Assembly (NCBI GenBank): GCA_963695555.1
Contig: CAVOGR010000001.1
Coordinates: 800,001-864,000 of the forward strand
DNA length: 64,000 bases
Reading direction: 5' to 3'
From: an uncultured Gemmatimonadales bacterium
GTDB lineage: Bacteria; Gemmatimonadota; Gemmatimonadetes; Gemmatimonadales; GWC2-71-9
Of the stretch, positions 18,583 to 28,967 are shown piece after piece. The position numbers and the translations under genes are program-made. Each line of letters starts with the position of its first letter. Positions within the stretch are counted from its first letter, which is position 1. Below the pieces are notes generated by a model. The model was not told where the DNA came from. It searched no databases and saw nothing but the letters and a program-made list of their open reading frames with translations.

Positions 18583-19933
18583 ATGCGACGCGGAATGCAA
18601 ATTGTTGCAGCTGTACTCGTGGCGGGGGCCGTCGCTGCCTGTAGCGACGAGAGCCCGACGGTTCCACAGTTGTTGGAGCCACAGTTCGTCATTGCGCCAG
18701 GCACCGACGTGGCGTGTGACTTCAAGGATCTCCGCACCAAGGCGGCACCGGCCTACTTCAAGAACGGGTCGACCACGCTCCGGACGGTGAAGGGCCTGAT
18801 CCAAGAGATGGAGAGTGCCGGGGCAGGATCAAACGGGGCCAGGGCCATCGGCTTCCAGATCTTCGAGATCATCGAAGAGCCAGGTCGAGGCCAAGGTTGC
18901 CGGCAGCCCCTCCCATATCGATGGGGGAGCGGCGAATGGGTCGGATTTCATGAACAAGACCCTCGCCTGCATGGAGCCGGCACCCTTCAAAGCGGTCGAC
19001 TTCACCGCGGCGCTCGATGACGTCGTCGGTGGCGGTGGCGGTGCACTGTGCGTCCGCGGCGGGCCGAACGACGATCCGTCGGCCTGCGTGACCTTCAATG
19101 GCTTCTCCGGGCTCTCGCCGAATGCCGGCAGCAGCTTCACGACTTGGTTCGGAGGTCGGAGGCTGGTCTATGCCGCGCCGCTCAACATCTTCACCAGCAA
19201 CGAGGTGATCGTCGGCGGCCGATACGAGTGGTCCACGGTGCCCCATGCGGCTCTCGACAACACGCAACGGCAAGGGCGTCGTGGGGATGTGCGTGCCGAA
19301 TCCGGTGAACGCCCCGGTCAATCGGGTGCAGCACCGCGAGCAGGGTAATACGGCGACGATCTTCTTCTGGCAGACGCCGTCTTCTTGGACAGCTTCCTTC
19401 CCTGCGATGACTTCGCGGCACTCGACCGTGGGTCGACTTCTCCTCTGTTCGAGTTTGCGCGCAACGCGTTCGACTGGGCCAGCCCGCGGCCGCTCTACGC
19501 CTCGGCGCTCAAAGTCGGTGGCGGCACCGGCGGCTCGCTCGGCGACCTGAGCAAGTTCGCGGTGGTCAACGCGCAGGCAGTGAACCTGGCCTTCACGACG
19601 CAGCCAGTCGACGGGTTCCTGAATCAGCCGCTGAAAGACATCGTGGTACGGGCGTTCGGCAATGGGAATACCCCTTTCATCGACCTCAGCGTCACGGTCC
19701 AGATCAACGTGAACAACAGCGTCAACGCCACGTTGAGCGGCCCGTCATGCACCGTGGTTGGGCAGATCGGGACGTGCACTGGCACCACCGATGTGAATGG
19801 CGAGGTGACCTTCTCCGGCCTCACGATCGACAAGACCGGCGGCTACCGGTTGCTGGCGACGACGACCGACCTGCCGCTCAGCTCGCCCGATGCGGCCCAG
19901 GCGGTGTCCAACGGGTTCAACATCCGCCCGTAA
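18583..19933 (+). CDS. Surface lipoprotein with C-terminal Ig-like/invasin-like domain (about 3 frameshifts: near 18877, 19266, 19385)
   Basis: Lipobox VAAC; coding continues across ORFs 18424, 18815, 19245, 19385; 'LAFTTQP', 'TDVNGEVTFSGLTIDKTGGYRLLA'; GGAGG RBS. Confidence 0.7.
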
Positions 19934-19958
19934 CGCCACTGGAGTTCGACAGCGAATG

Positions 19959-19996
19959 AACGAAGGAGGGCTCTCTCAGGGCCCTTCTTCGTTTTG
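19959..19996 (+). terminator. Intrinsic terminator
   Basis: AACGAAGGAGGGC / GCCCTTCTTCGTT 13-bp stem ending in TTTT. Confidence 0.85.
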
Positions 19997-20057
19997 TGAC
20001 GATGCCTTGCGCGGTCTCGCGTCTCGATGAGATTGTCTCTAGGAGGCGCACACGATC

Positions 20058-20237
20058 ATGGCCATGACTAGAGAAGACCTGACTACCAGAATCGAAGTAC
20101 TGGAGGCCAAGCTTCGCGGCGTGGAGCAGGCCAACCCGCTGCTCTCACACTCCGGGCACCTCGCCATCAGTCGGAAATGGCTCGAGGAGTTGTCCGAACT
20201 GAAGGCCCAGCTCGCGAACCTCAACGACGGGACCTGA
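20058..20237 (+). CDS. Small 59-aa coiled-coil protein (absent from ORF track)
   Basis: AGGAGG RBS; MAMTREDLTTRIEVLEAKLRGVEQANPLLSHSGHLAISRKWLEELSELKAQLANLNDGT. Confidence 0.65.
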   Translation: MAMTREDLTTRIEVLEAKLRGVEQANPLLSHSGHLAISRKWLEELSELKAQLANLNDGT

Positions 20238-20247
20238 GGACTGACGA

Positions 20248-20562
20248 GTGGAGCCTCGGCTTTTCGTCGTCCTCTTCATCGTCTTTACCGTGCTGTCGGT
20301 CGAGGTGGTGCGTCGAGGCTATCAACGCTGGAAGAAGGAGCGGGACGTGCTGGCGGAGCTGGGTGGAGGTGCCCCGCCGGAGGCCGTACGGCGCCACCGC
20401 CAGGCGGGACGCCGGCTGGTGAGCCTCGCCGTGGCGCTGGCCGCAATGGTCGCGCTCGCGTTCCTGGCACCGCTCGGCGCACCGAGAGCGGCCATCGCCG
20501 CGTTCCAAGTCGTGGCGATCACCGCCCTTGGACTGGGTGTGTACTGGACCGTTCGATCGTAG
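20248..20562 (+). CDS. Hypothetical membrane protein (3 TM)
   Basis: GAGGA RBS, GTG start, three hydrophobic helices. Confidence 0.6.
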   Translation: MEPRLFVVLFIVFTVLSVEVVRRGYQRWKKERDVLAELGGGAPPEAVRRHRQAGRRLVSLAVALAAMVALAFLAPLGAPRAAIAAFQVVAITALGLGVYWTVRS

Positions 20563-20593
20563 CGTTCTGCAGGCGATGCCTCGAGGAGAGCGT

Positions 20594-21580
20594 ATGAACA
20601 CGATCCGCTTTGGACGAACCGGTCTCGACCTTCCCGCAATCGGGGTGGGTACGTGGCCCCACGGCGGACCGCTTACTCGTGATGGTGTCCCGGTCGGTTG
20701 GGGTGGGCACCATGACGCCCTCGCGCGCCAGGCGTTACTTCGCGCCCATGATCTGGGGCTCTTCCACTGGGATACGGCCGACGTGTACGGCGACGGGCAG
20801 TCCGAAACGATCATCGGGGCGCTGTGGGATGAGGTGCCGCGCGCCGACATCTTCCTGGCCTCGAAGGTGGGCTGGGATGCCGGACCGTACGGACACGCCT
20901 ACCACCCCGAGCAGATCCGGGCCCAGTTCGAGCGCTCACTCCGGAATCTCCGGGTGGACGTGATCGACCTCTATTACCTGCATCACTGTGACTTTGGCCC
21001 CGGCGACCGGTATCTGGATGACGCCATCGATCTGGTGCGGCGCTTCCGGGACGAAGGGAAGATCCGCTTCATCGGCCTGTCCGATCGGGACAACGCCAAG
21101 GTGGCCCGGCTGGCCGACCGGGTGGATCCGGACGCCGTCCAGATCTACCGGAACGTGGTGGACGACAGCTATCACAGCTCCGGACTCGCCGCCTGGGTGG
21201 ATAAGCACGACGCGGGGGTCGCCTTCTTTTCACCCCTCAAGCTCGGGCTCTTGCTCGGGAAGTATCGGTCACCCACGACGTTCGAGACGGGGGACGTCCG
21301 GAACCGGGTGGACGGATTCAATGATGCGGGCGTCATCGAGGCACTGATCGCCACCAGGGCGGCGGTGGAACGGCGGTTCGGCACCATGGCGGAGCCGGTG
21401 GAAAGTGCGGTCATCGCATCGATTCTCAGCGACACCACGACCGCGTGTGCATTGGTCGGTCTCAGGAATCCGGAACAGGTCGATGCGGCCGCCCGACTGA
21501 CCCTTGATCTGAGCGCCAACGACCTCGAGTGGGTGCGCCGACAGTTCCAACGCGTACCCCACGTCGGGGGAGACGAGTAA
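20594..21580 (+). CDS. Aldo/keto reductase
   Basis: IGVGTW, DTADVYGDGQSE, ASKVG, SLRNLRVDVIDLYYLH, GKIRFIGLS. Confidence 0.92.
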   Translation: MNTIRFGRTGLDLPAIGVGTWPHGGPLTRDGVPVGWGGHHDALARQALLRAHDLGLFHWDTADVYGDGQSETIIGALWDEVPRADIFLASKVGWDAGPYGHAYHPEQIRAQFERSLRNLRVDVIDLYYLHHCDFGPGDRYLDDAIDLVRRFRDEGKIRFIGLSDRDNAKVARLADRVDPDAVQIYRNVVDDSYHSSGLAAWVDKHDAGVAFFSPLKLGLLLGKYRSPTTFETGDVRNRVDGFNDAGVIEALIATRAAVERRFGTMAEPVESAVIASILSDTTTACALVGLRNPEQVDAAARLTLDLSANDLEWVRRQFQRVPHVGGDE

Positions 21581-21649
21581 GGAGCCGATGCGCTTGCCCG
21601 ACGGTTCGCAACGCCCCAACTGCTGTGTCGACTTTCGCCAGGATGACCA

Positions 21650-22305
21650 ATGAGTGGACAGATCCGGGACTACACGACAGAACACATCAAGGTCACCTAC
21701 GACCGACGGCGCTGCATTCACGCCGCCGAGTGCGTCCGGCGGCTCGGCACGGTGTTCGACCCGGACCGGCGGCCATGGATCCAGCCCGAGCATGCGTCTC
21801 CGGCGGAGGTGTCGGAGACCGTGTCGCATTGCCCAACCGGCGCGCTCCACTTCGAGCGTCTGGATGGAGGCCAGGACGAATGGCCCGATGCACCGAGAAC
21901 ACGATCTCGCTGGTGCCGGACGGGCCGCTGTATGCCCGCGGTCAGATTCAGATCGTGCGGCCGGACGGGAGCGTCATTCTCGAGGACACACGTGTCGCGT
22001 TCTGTCGCTGTGGCGCATCGAAGGAGAAACCGTTCTGCGATGGGTCGCATGCCGCGGCCGGATTCCACGACGAGGGAGCGCTCGGCCGCACGCCCATGCC
22101 CGCCGAGGCCGGGGACCACGCCCCGCTCACCGTGACCGTGAGCCCCAATGGCCCGCTGATTCTGCGGGGGCCCCATCACGTGGTGCCACATGGGGCGGAG
22201 GCCGAGATCGGGCTCGAAAAGTGTGCCCTCTGCCGCTGTGGCCATTCCGCCTACAAACCGTTTTGTGACGGGACGCACAATACGGTAGGATTCAAGGACG
22301 TCTGA
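21650..22305 (+). CDS. Divergent 4Fe-4S (YjdI-like) + two CDGSH Fe-S domain protein (frameshift near 21893)
   Basis: CIHAAEC..RPWI..CPTGAL in ORF 21650; CRCGAS..PFCDGSH and CRCGHS..PFCDGTH in ORF ending 22305. Confidence 0.85.
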
Positions 22306-22409
22306 ACAGGCCCCCATGGCCGATGCGCCGTACCGATCTCAGGTACGGAGATTCGCACCACTCGGCGTGGGGTGAACATGATCCGGGCCGACCAACGGAG
22401 TCAGAATCC

Positions 22410-22919
22410 ATGACCGATTTCGCTCATACGTTCATAGCCCGCTCACGCTATTACCTGAGTGAAGACTTCTTCCCGAAGATCGAACGCTGCCTCGACGAAC
22501 TGTCGGAAGAAGACGTGTGGTGGCGACCTAACGAAGCCTCGAACAGCGTCGGGAATCTGGTCCTCCATTTGGCGGGGAACGTGCGCCAATGGATCATCAG
22601 CGGCATCGGCGGGGCGCCCGACCTGCGCGACCGCGACCAGGAGTTTGCGCAGCGGGCTCCGATAGCCGTCGAGCGGTTGCTCGAGCGGCTGTCGGCCACG
22701 GTACGGGAGGCGGATGCGGTCCTGGCCGTGCTCGACACGTCGAGGCTGGTCGAGCCGCGGCGGATTCAGGGGTTCAACATGACCGTGGGGTCGGCCATCT
22801 ATCACGTGGTGGAACACTTCGGCATGCACACCGGGCAGATCGTGCTCCTGAGCAAACATCGACTGGGCAAGGACCTGAAGCTGACCCGCTTACCTGCGTC
22901 GGACGCGCCCGAAGAATGA
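22410..22919 (+). CDS. DinB family protein
   Basis: NSVGNLVLHLAGN, RDRDQEF, HVVEHFGMHTGQI. Confidence 0.85.
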   Translation: MTDFAHTFIARSRYYLSEDFFPKIERCLDELSEEDVWWRPNEASNSVGNLVLHLAGNVRQWIISGIGGAPDLRDRDQEFAQRAPIAVERLLERLSATVREADAVLAVLDTSRLVEPRRIQGFNMTVGSAIYHVVEHFGMHTGQIVLLSKHRLGKDLKLTRLPASDAPEE

Positions 22920-22938
22920 AACTCGCACGAGGGGATCG

Positions 22939-23352
22939 GTGACACGAGTCGCCTTCATCTGCGTCGAGAACTCCAACCGGAGCCAGATGGCCGAAGCCTT
23001 TGCCCGGATGCACGGGGTGGGGGTCATCGAGCCTTACAGCGCCGGCTCCCGGCCGTCGGGCCGGGTGAATCCGCGCGCCATCGCGGCAATGCAGGAGGTG
23101 GGGTACGACCTCTCGACGCACCGCTCTACCAGTGCCCAAGACCTTCCGCCCGGCGAATTTGCCTACGCGATTACCATGGGGTGCGGCGACGACTGCGCCT
23201 GGATCCCGGCGAGGCAGCGCGAGGACTGGCCGATTCCCGATCCCAAAGACCTCGAGCCCGACGCATTCAACACGGTGCGCGACGAGATCGAACGGCGGGT
23301 GGTTGATTTGCTTGCGCGGATTGGCCGACGCGAGCGGCAGGACACCGGCTGA
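22939..23352 (+). CDS. arsC: Arsenate reductase ArsC / LMW-PTP family
   Basis: CVENSNRSQMAE P-loop, SAGS, TMGCGDDC, DWPIPDP. Confidence 0.85.
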   Translation: MTRVAFICVENSNRSQMAEAFARMHGVGVIEPYSAGSRPSGRVNPRAIAAMQEVGYDLSTHRSTSAQDLPPGEFAYAITMGCGDDCAWIPARQREDWPIPDPKDLEPDAFNTVRDEIERRVVDLLARIGRRERQDTG

Positions 23353-23549
23353 TGTACAGCTACAAGGTGGTCGAGCAGAAGCACAAGAGTATCCTAGGCG
23401 GGCGGTTCAAACCGGTCGACCTCGAAGACCTCTTGAATCAACATGCCATGGACGGCTGGGAGTTCGACCGCATCATCGACGGCGAGATCGTCTCGACCAT
23501 GACCAGCGGGAAGGATGTGTTTTTGGTGGTGTTCAAACGGCGGGAGTAG
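23352..23549 (+). CDS. DUF4177 family small protein
   Basis: YSYKVV...LEDLLNQHAMDGWEF...VFKR; overlaps arsC stop by 1 nt. Confidence 0.8.
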   Translation: MYSYKVVEQKHKSILGGRFKPVDLEDLLNQHAMDGWEFDRIIDGEIVSTMTSGKDVFLVVFKRRE

Positions 23550-23612
23550 GGAGTAGGGAGTGGGGAGTAGGGTGCGCGCCATCCTACTCCCCACTCCCTA
23601 TTCCCTACTCCC
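23542..23612. repeat. Inverted pair of (GGGAGTA)n heptamer tracts forming a ~33-bp hairpin between convergent genes
   Basis: Left arm GGGAGTAGGGAGTAGGGAGTGGGGAGTAGG (23542-23571), right arm CCTACTCCCCACTCCCTATTCCCTACTCCC (23583-23612), one mismatch. Confidence 0.95.
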
Positions 23613-24035
23613 TCAGTCCTCGTCCACCGGCGGCGCCTGGCTGGCCGGCCCCAGGCCCATCCCAAGATGCTTGCCTTCGGAGTAGATCCAGCGGACTAAG
23701 AACGGCTCGTCCATCCCGCTGAACTTCGCCGTCCGCCAGTACTGCGTCTGTCCGTTCCGCTTCTTCCAACTCTCCTCGATCACTTCCATTTCGAACCCGG
23801 CGCGCTCGGCCACCATCAGAGAAATCTCCGCATATCTGGCGCGCCGTTCCGCGGGGTCGTCATCGCCGCCGTAGTAGGCCACGAGACTATCCACGTCGCC
23901 GGCGTAGAACCACATGGTCCATTGCTGGGCCAGCGCCAGGGAGTCGGGAGCGGTGTCCGCCTGAGCCGCCGCGGACGTGGGGATGGCCGCCAGACAGAAC
24001 GCGACCGCGGCCAGGATGAGCGACCTCGTGTTCAT
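23613..24035 (-). CDS. Hypothetical secreted protein
   Basis: Signal peptide with AAA-Q cleavage; GAGGA RBS. Confidence 0.7.
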   Translation of the reverse strand: MNTRSLILAAVAFCLAAIPTSAAAQADTAPDSLALAQQWTMWFYAGDVDSLVAYYGGDDDPAERRARYAEISLMVAERAGFEMEVIEESWKKRNGQTQYWRTAKFSGMDEPFLVRWIYSEGKHLGMGLGPASQAPPVDED

Positions 24036-24219
24036 TCGAATCCTCGGGCTAGGGGATGTATGGGCCTACGCAACGCACGTCGTATTAGTTTCAAGCTGTA
24101 ACGAGAAGGACCTTGCCATGGCCAGTGGAGCGGGTCAACGTTCTCCCTGGCATGCTGCGGGCGTTGTGTAGCGTCCCGTCCACCGTCGAAATCACCCGGC
24201 GCTTCCACCACGAGGCTCA

Positions 24220-25116
24220 ATGAAAGCTCAACGGATTCCACTGGCGCTTCGCTCCCTGGGTCCTGACGCTCCCGATGTCACATCGGTGGCATTCGGCGGG
24301 ATGCCCCTCTCGACCGAGGGCCGCCCGGAGGAGCCTACCTCCCTGTCCGTGATTCGGGGCGTGCTCGATGCGGGTGTGACCCTGATCGACACCGCCGATG
24401 TGTACTGCACCAGCCACAAGGACATCGGACACAACGAGCAACTCATCGCGAAGGCCCTCGCTTCGTGGCGGGGTCCGGCAGAGTCGGTCATCGTCGCCAC
24501 CAAGGGCGGCCTCACCAGGCCCGGGGGCCGGTGGGAGCGAAACGGTCGGCCCAAGCACCTGCGTAGGGCATGCGACCAGTCACTCCGGGCGCTGGGCGTC
24601 GAGCGGATCGATCTCTATCAGTTACATGCCCCGGATCCCGACGTGCCGTTCGCGGAAAGCGTCGAGGCCATCGCCGAGCTGCGTCGGGAAGGGAAGCTCC
24701 GGTGGGTGGGGCTCTCGAACGTGTCGGTGGCCGAGATCGACCAGGCGCGGGGCATCGTACCGATCCAGACCGTTCAGAACCGGCTGAATCCATTCTTTCG
24801 CGAGGCGTTGCGGGACGGGGTGGTGGAGTATTGCGGGAAGAACGGCATCGGGTTCCTGGCCTACAGCCCGGTCGGCGGCGGACGCCTCAACAAGAAGCTG
24901 CCGAGCCACGCCGCGCTTGAGCCCATCGCGGCGCACTACGGAGTTTCCGCACACGTGGTCACATTGGCCTGGGTCTTGGCTCAGGGCAGTTCGGTCATCG
25001 TGATTCCAGGAGGACGTACGGTGGCGCATGCGCTCGACAGCCTGGCGGCCTCGACGCTCGCGCTCGACCCGGACGACCTCGCCGCGATCGACCAGGCGGA
25101 GTTCTCAATCGCCTGA
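24220..25116 (+). CDS. Aldo/keto reductase
   Basis: DTADVY, HNE, ATKGG, SLRALGVERIDLYQLHAPD, GLSNV, AYSPVGGG. Confidence 0.92.
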   Translation: MKAQRIPLALRSLGPDAPDVTSVAFGGMPLSTEGRPEEPTSLSVIRGVLDAGVTLIDTADVYCTSHKDIGHNEQLIAKALASWRGPAESVIVATKGGLTRPGGRWERNGRPKHLRRACDQSLRALGVERIDLYQLHAPDPDVPFAESVEAIAELRREGKLRWVGLSNVSVAEIDQARGIVPIQTVQNRLNPFFREALRDGVVEYCGKNGIGFLAYSPVGGGRLNKKLPSHAALEPIAAHYGVSAHVVTLAWVLAQGSSVIVIPGGRTVAHALDSLAASTLALDPDDLAAIDQAEFSIA

Positions 25117-26181
25117 GCCGTTCGATTCCCGCTTCTGGCGGACGCTGAGCTCGTGCTCGAGCAGGAACCGCTTCCGCCAGAGACCCCCGCCGTAGCCGTG
25201 CAGCTTCCCTTGGCTGTTGATCACCCGGTGGCAGGGTATGACGACGGCCAGCCGGTTGTCGCCGTTGGCCTTGCCGACGGCACGCTGAGCTCCCGCTCGC
25301 CCGATGTCCGCCGCAACCGCGGCGTAGGTCGTGGTCTCGCCGAAGGGTATGGCGAGGAGACGCTCCCACACCGCTTGCTGGAACGGTGTGCCCGCAATCG
25401 CGATAGGCACGGTGAACCGTGTTCGCCGACCAGTGAAGTACTCGTCCAATTCTCGACGGAGCCGCTCGAGCGGGTCGTTGGTTCCGGGAACGACCGGCAG
25501 GTCGAACCAACGCGTGAGCGTCGCCGCCTGGGTCTTGAGCGCGGGCCGATCGCCGAATTCCAGCATGCAGACGGCTTCTGGCGTTGCCGCCGCGATGAAT
25601 GGACCAATGGGCGTCGTGACCAGGGAGGCGGAAATATGGCGCGCGCCCCGGGCCCGGCCCGGCGGCTGGCCGAACAGCTGACGGAACGCTTCACGGAACC
25701 CGCTGTTGGATTCGAACCCCGAGTTGAACGCGACATGCATGAGATCGCCGCCCTGGTTGATGGAGTCGAGCGCCATGCCCAGCCGGCGCGAACGCTGATA
25801 CGCGTGGAAGGTCATGGCAAAATGGTGCCGGAAGTAGCGGCGCGTCTTGACCGGATCGATGCCCATCGCCCGCAGATCGCGATCGGTGATCCGCTCGGCC
25901 GGGGTCCGTTCGAGCCGTTCGAGCAGTCCGGTGACCCACGCGGGATGTTCACCCGACACGTCTGTTGGCCGGCAGCGTTTGCATGGGCGATACCCCGCGG
26001 CCTGAGCGTCCTCTGCATGCCGGAAATACTCTACATTGGTCCGGAGCGGGGTGCGCGCCGGGCAGGTGGGACGGCAGAAGATGCCGGTCGTTCGCACGGC
26101 AACCACGAACAACCCCTCAAAGGAGCCGTCCCGCTCGGCCACCGCGCGGTATAAGGTCTGGGACGAGGGAAGCGCTGTCAT
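25105..26181 (-). CDS. ada: Bifunctional Ada: Zn-binding + AraC HTH + O6-methylguanine methyltransferase
   Basis: [18 protein letters not shown]; AraC '[13 protein letters not shown]'; IPCHRVI active site. Confidence 0.93.
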   Translation of the reverse strand: MTALPSSQTLYRAVAERDGSFEGLFVVAVRTTGIFCRPTCPARTPLRTNVEYFRHAEDAQAAGYRPCKRCRPTDVSGEHPAWVTGLLERLERTPAERITDRDLRAMGIDPVKTRRYFRHHFAMTFHAYQRSRRLGMALDSINQGGDLMHVAFNSGFESNSGFREAFRQLFGQPPGRARGARHISASLVTTPIGPFIAAATPEAVCMLEFGDRPALKTQAATLTRWFDLPVVPGTNDPLERLRRELDEYFTGRRTRFTVPIAIAGTPFQQAVWERLLAIPFGETTTYAAVAADIGRAGAQRAVGKANGDNRLAVVIPCHRVINSQGKLHGYGGGLWRKRFLLEHELSVRQKRESNGSGD

Positions 26182-26265
26182 GGCGTCAAGCTAGAGTCCC
26201 GGCCCGGCTCGCGCTACCGAAAACCGGACACCGATATTTCTCGTGGCCGGGGTATATTTCCCGCC

Positions 26266-27534
26266 ATGCCTGCCATCACACGGCGTCAGACCGTGACCAC
26301 CAGGGTCGGGGACGTGCCCATCGGGTCCGACCACCCGGTGGTGGTCCAGTCGATGACCAACACCGATACCGCCGACGTGGCGACCACCGCGGGCCAGGTG
26401 GCGGCCTTGGCCGAAGCCGGCAGCGAGCTGGTGCGCGTAACGGTGAACACCGATGCGGCCGCCCAGGCGGTGCCGGCAATCGTCGGTGCACTGGCCCAGC
26501 AGGGGGTTTCGGTTCCCATCATCGGCGACTTCCACTACAACGGGCATCTCCTTCTGGCCAGGTATCCGGACTGCGCCCGGGCGCTCGCGAAGTACCGGAT
26601 CAATCCGGGCAATGTCGGGGGCAAACGCCGTGATGAGAATTTCCGGACCATCATCGAGGTGGCGCTCGCTAATGACAAGCCGATCCGAATTGGAGTGAAC
26701 TGGGGATCGCTCAATCAGGAGCTCCTGACCGAGCTCATGGACGCGAACGCCCGTCGGCCGGAGCCGCGCGATGCCCGGGCCGTCACCATGGACGCGATGA
26801 GCTTGAGCGCGCTCAGGTCGGCCGAGTTCGCTGAGGCGCTCGGCCTGCCGCACGATCGGATCATCTTGAGCGCCAAGGTATCCGGCGTCCAGGACCTCAT
26901 CAGCGTCTACCGCATCCTGGCGGGGCAATGCGACTATCCGCTCCATCTCGGCTTGACCGAGGCAGGGCTGGGCGCCAAGGGTGTCGTGGCCAGCACCGCC
27001 GCGCTGGCGGTGCTGCTCCAAGAGGGCATCGGCGATACGATCCGGATCTCGCTCACTCCAGCGCCGGGCGGCGATCGGACCGAAGAAGTGCGAGTGGGCC
27101 AGCAGATCCTGCAGTCACTGGGGCTCAGAAGCTTCACGCCACAGGTCACGGCCTGTCCGGGGTGCGGCCGAACGACCAGCACGTTCTTCCAGAAGATGGC
27201 CCAGGACATTCAAGAGTACCTGCGCCGCAAGATGCCGGTGTGGCGGAGCGAGCGACCGGGCGTCGAAGAGATGACGGTTGCCGTGATGGGATGCGTGGTG
27301 AATGGCCCGGGAGAATCGAAGCATGCCGATATCGGCATTTCGCTCCCGGGAACATTCGAGGACCCCAAGGCGCCGGTTTACGTGGACGGCGCGCTCACGG
27401 TCACGCTCAAGGGAGCCAACATCGTTCCCGAGTTTCTGGCGATTCTTGATGACTACGTGGCGACTCGGTACGCTACCGCCGCCGAGCCGGCTTCTGTGGC
27501 CCGGCCGCGCGAGCGAGCCGACGCCCGCGGGTAG
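26266..27534 (+). CDS. ispG: HMBPP synthase (flavodoxin-dependent)
   Basis: [58 protein letters not shown]. Confidence 0.97.
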   Translation: MPAITRRQTVTTRVGDVPIGSDHPVVVQSMTNTDTADVATTAGQVAALAEAGSELVRVTVNTDAAAQAVPAIVGALAQQGVSVPIIGDFHYNGHLLLARYPDCARALAKYRINPGNVGGKRRDENFRTIIEVALANDKPIRIGVNWGSLNQELLTELMDANARRPEPRDARAVTMDAMSLSALRSAEFAEALGLPHDRIILSAKVSGVQDLISVYRILAGQCDYPLHLGLTEAGLGAKGVVASTAALAVLLQEGIGDTIRISLTPAPGGDRTEEVRVGQQILQSLGLRSFTPQVTACPGCGRTTSTFFQKMAQDIQEYLRRKMPVWRSERPGVEEMTVAVMGCVVNGPGESKHADIGISLPGTFEDPKAPVYVDGALTVTLKGANIVPEFLAILDDYVATRYATAAEPASVARPRERADARG

Positions 27535-27535
27535 C

Positions 27536-28066
27536 ATGGTTCCGGTACTCATGACGGGCTCCTCTCGGAATCGGCTCCTAATCCTGGTGGCCGCGGCACT
27601 TCCCCTCGCCGGCGTGGCCCGCGCGCAAGACATGACCGAGGTCGAGGCCGGCCAGCCGGCACCCGTTGTGAGCATCAACGATCTCGATGGCCGCCCGGTC
27701 AACTTGGGCGATTATGTGGGTCATGAGCCCGTCTTCCTCCTGTTCTGGGCCACCTGGTGCGAGCAGTGCCAGGCGCTGTTGCCGAAGGTGCGGGACGCAG
27801 CACGGGCATATGGCGATCGGATGAAGTTCTTTGGCATCAACGTGACCGTGGGCGAAACTCCGGCGAGAGTCCGGGAGTACGTGGCCAAGCACGATCCCCC
27901 GTATCAGGTTCTGTACGACACGGAAGGCGTGAGCCAGCGGGCGTACGGAGTCCTGGCGACCGCCTTCGTGGTGATCGTCGATCGGCGGGGGACCATCGTC
28001 TACACGGGATACGGGCCAGGCCAGCGGCTCGACGAGGCGCTGGCCCGGGCGATTGGGGGCTCATGA
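27536..28066 (+). CDS. TlpA/ResA-type thiol-disulfide oxidoreductase
   Basis: Signal/TM, FWATWCEQC, IVDRRG; start could be 27551. Confidence 0.85.
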   Translation: MVPVLMTGSSRNRLLILVAAALPLAGVARAQDMTEVEAGQPAPVVSINDLDGRPVNLGDYVGHEPVFLLFWATWCEQCQALLPKVRDAARAYGDRMKFFGINVTVGETPARVREYVAKHDPPYQVLYDTEGVSQRAYGVLATAFVVIVDRRGTIVYTGYGPGQRLDEALARAIGGS

Positions 28067-28911
28067 TGCGTTGGCGAGTCGGGGTAGGAGCGGCCGCCCT
28101 CGGGCTGATTGGTGTGGTTTCGGGCGTGGCTTTCAACCCGGGGAATTTGAGCGCACAAGGAGCCGACGGCCCTTCCGGCCCGGAATGGCGTCTCGAGGGT
28201 CTGGAGCTCAGTTTCTGCGTCGACTTTCTCATCGAACTCGCGTCGGCAGACAAACGGCTTCCCAAAGGATTTCAGCCGGTAGCTGCGGCTCGGTTTGCGC
28301 AACTCCATCCGGCACTTCGGAGCATGATCGATGCGGAGCCGGTCTACCGCGACTGGATTCCCTCGGCCCTCTGTACCTATGGCGCCGCGGTCGTCGAAGT
28401 GGACGGTCGTCGCTATGGCCAAAGTGGGTCCGGCTCTCGGCAAATGGTTGGGATGTGGGCCATCGCCGGAACCCCTGAGGAGAACGGGACCGATAGCCTG
28501 TGGGTCGTGTCGGAGTTCCTGACGGGCAACGACCGGATCAAACGAGCGGCCGAGGGGAGTCTGCTTCGCCTCCGGGAGATCGACGAGGTGGTGGGGGAAG
28601 ACTCCGAGAGTGGCGAGGACATGCACGGGCTCAAGATTGGAAAGACCAGGGTCACCTGGATTGGCCATCTCGGGGGAGACTCGACCAGGGCAGCGGAACC
28701 TGGGCACGAGGTGTGGTGGCTCAAAGGAAACCGCGGAACGACCTGGCTGGCCCGGCTCTCCAGAGAGCCGGTTTGGCGCCAGCCGATGGTTGGCGGACTC
28801 CGGATTGAGGGCAAGGACGACCTGGCCAAAGCACTCAAGTCCTCACCGATCAGGATGTTGGGTCCTGCCTTCTGGGGAGGTGGAGCAACACTGGTCTTCG
28901 AGCGCCAATAG
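28063..28911 (+). CDS. Hypothetical exported protein
   Basis: ATGA overlap with the TlpA stop, signal-peptide-like N-terminus; no family recognised with confidence. Confidence 0.65.
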   Translation: MMRWRVGVGAAALGLIGVVSGVAFNPGNLSAQGADGPSGPEWRLEGLELSFCVDFLIELASADKRLPKGFQPVAAARFAQLHPALRSMIDAEPVYRDWIPSALCTYGAAVVEVDGRRYGQSGSGSRQMVGMWAIAGTPEENGTDSLWVVSEFLTGNDRIKRAAEGSLLRLREIDEVVGEDSESGEDMHGLKIGKTRVTWIGHLGGDSTRAAEPGHEVWWLKGNRGTTWLARLSREPVWRQPMVGGLRIEGKDDLAKALKSSPIRMLGPAFWGGGATLVFERQ

Positions 28912-28967
28912 CGATGTGGACCCAGTGCCCTGATGGTCCAAGCCAACGCGACAGTGGCGTCACCGAG

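Noticed and set aside
17055..21900. Kinase, lipoprotein and CDGSH genes as true pseudogenes or split genes
   Set aside because: Single-base indels restore full-length proteins with intact motifs, and the essential dnaX shows the same pattern
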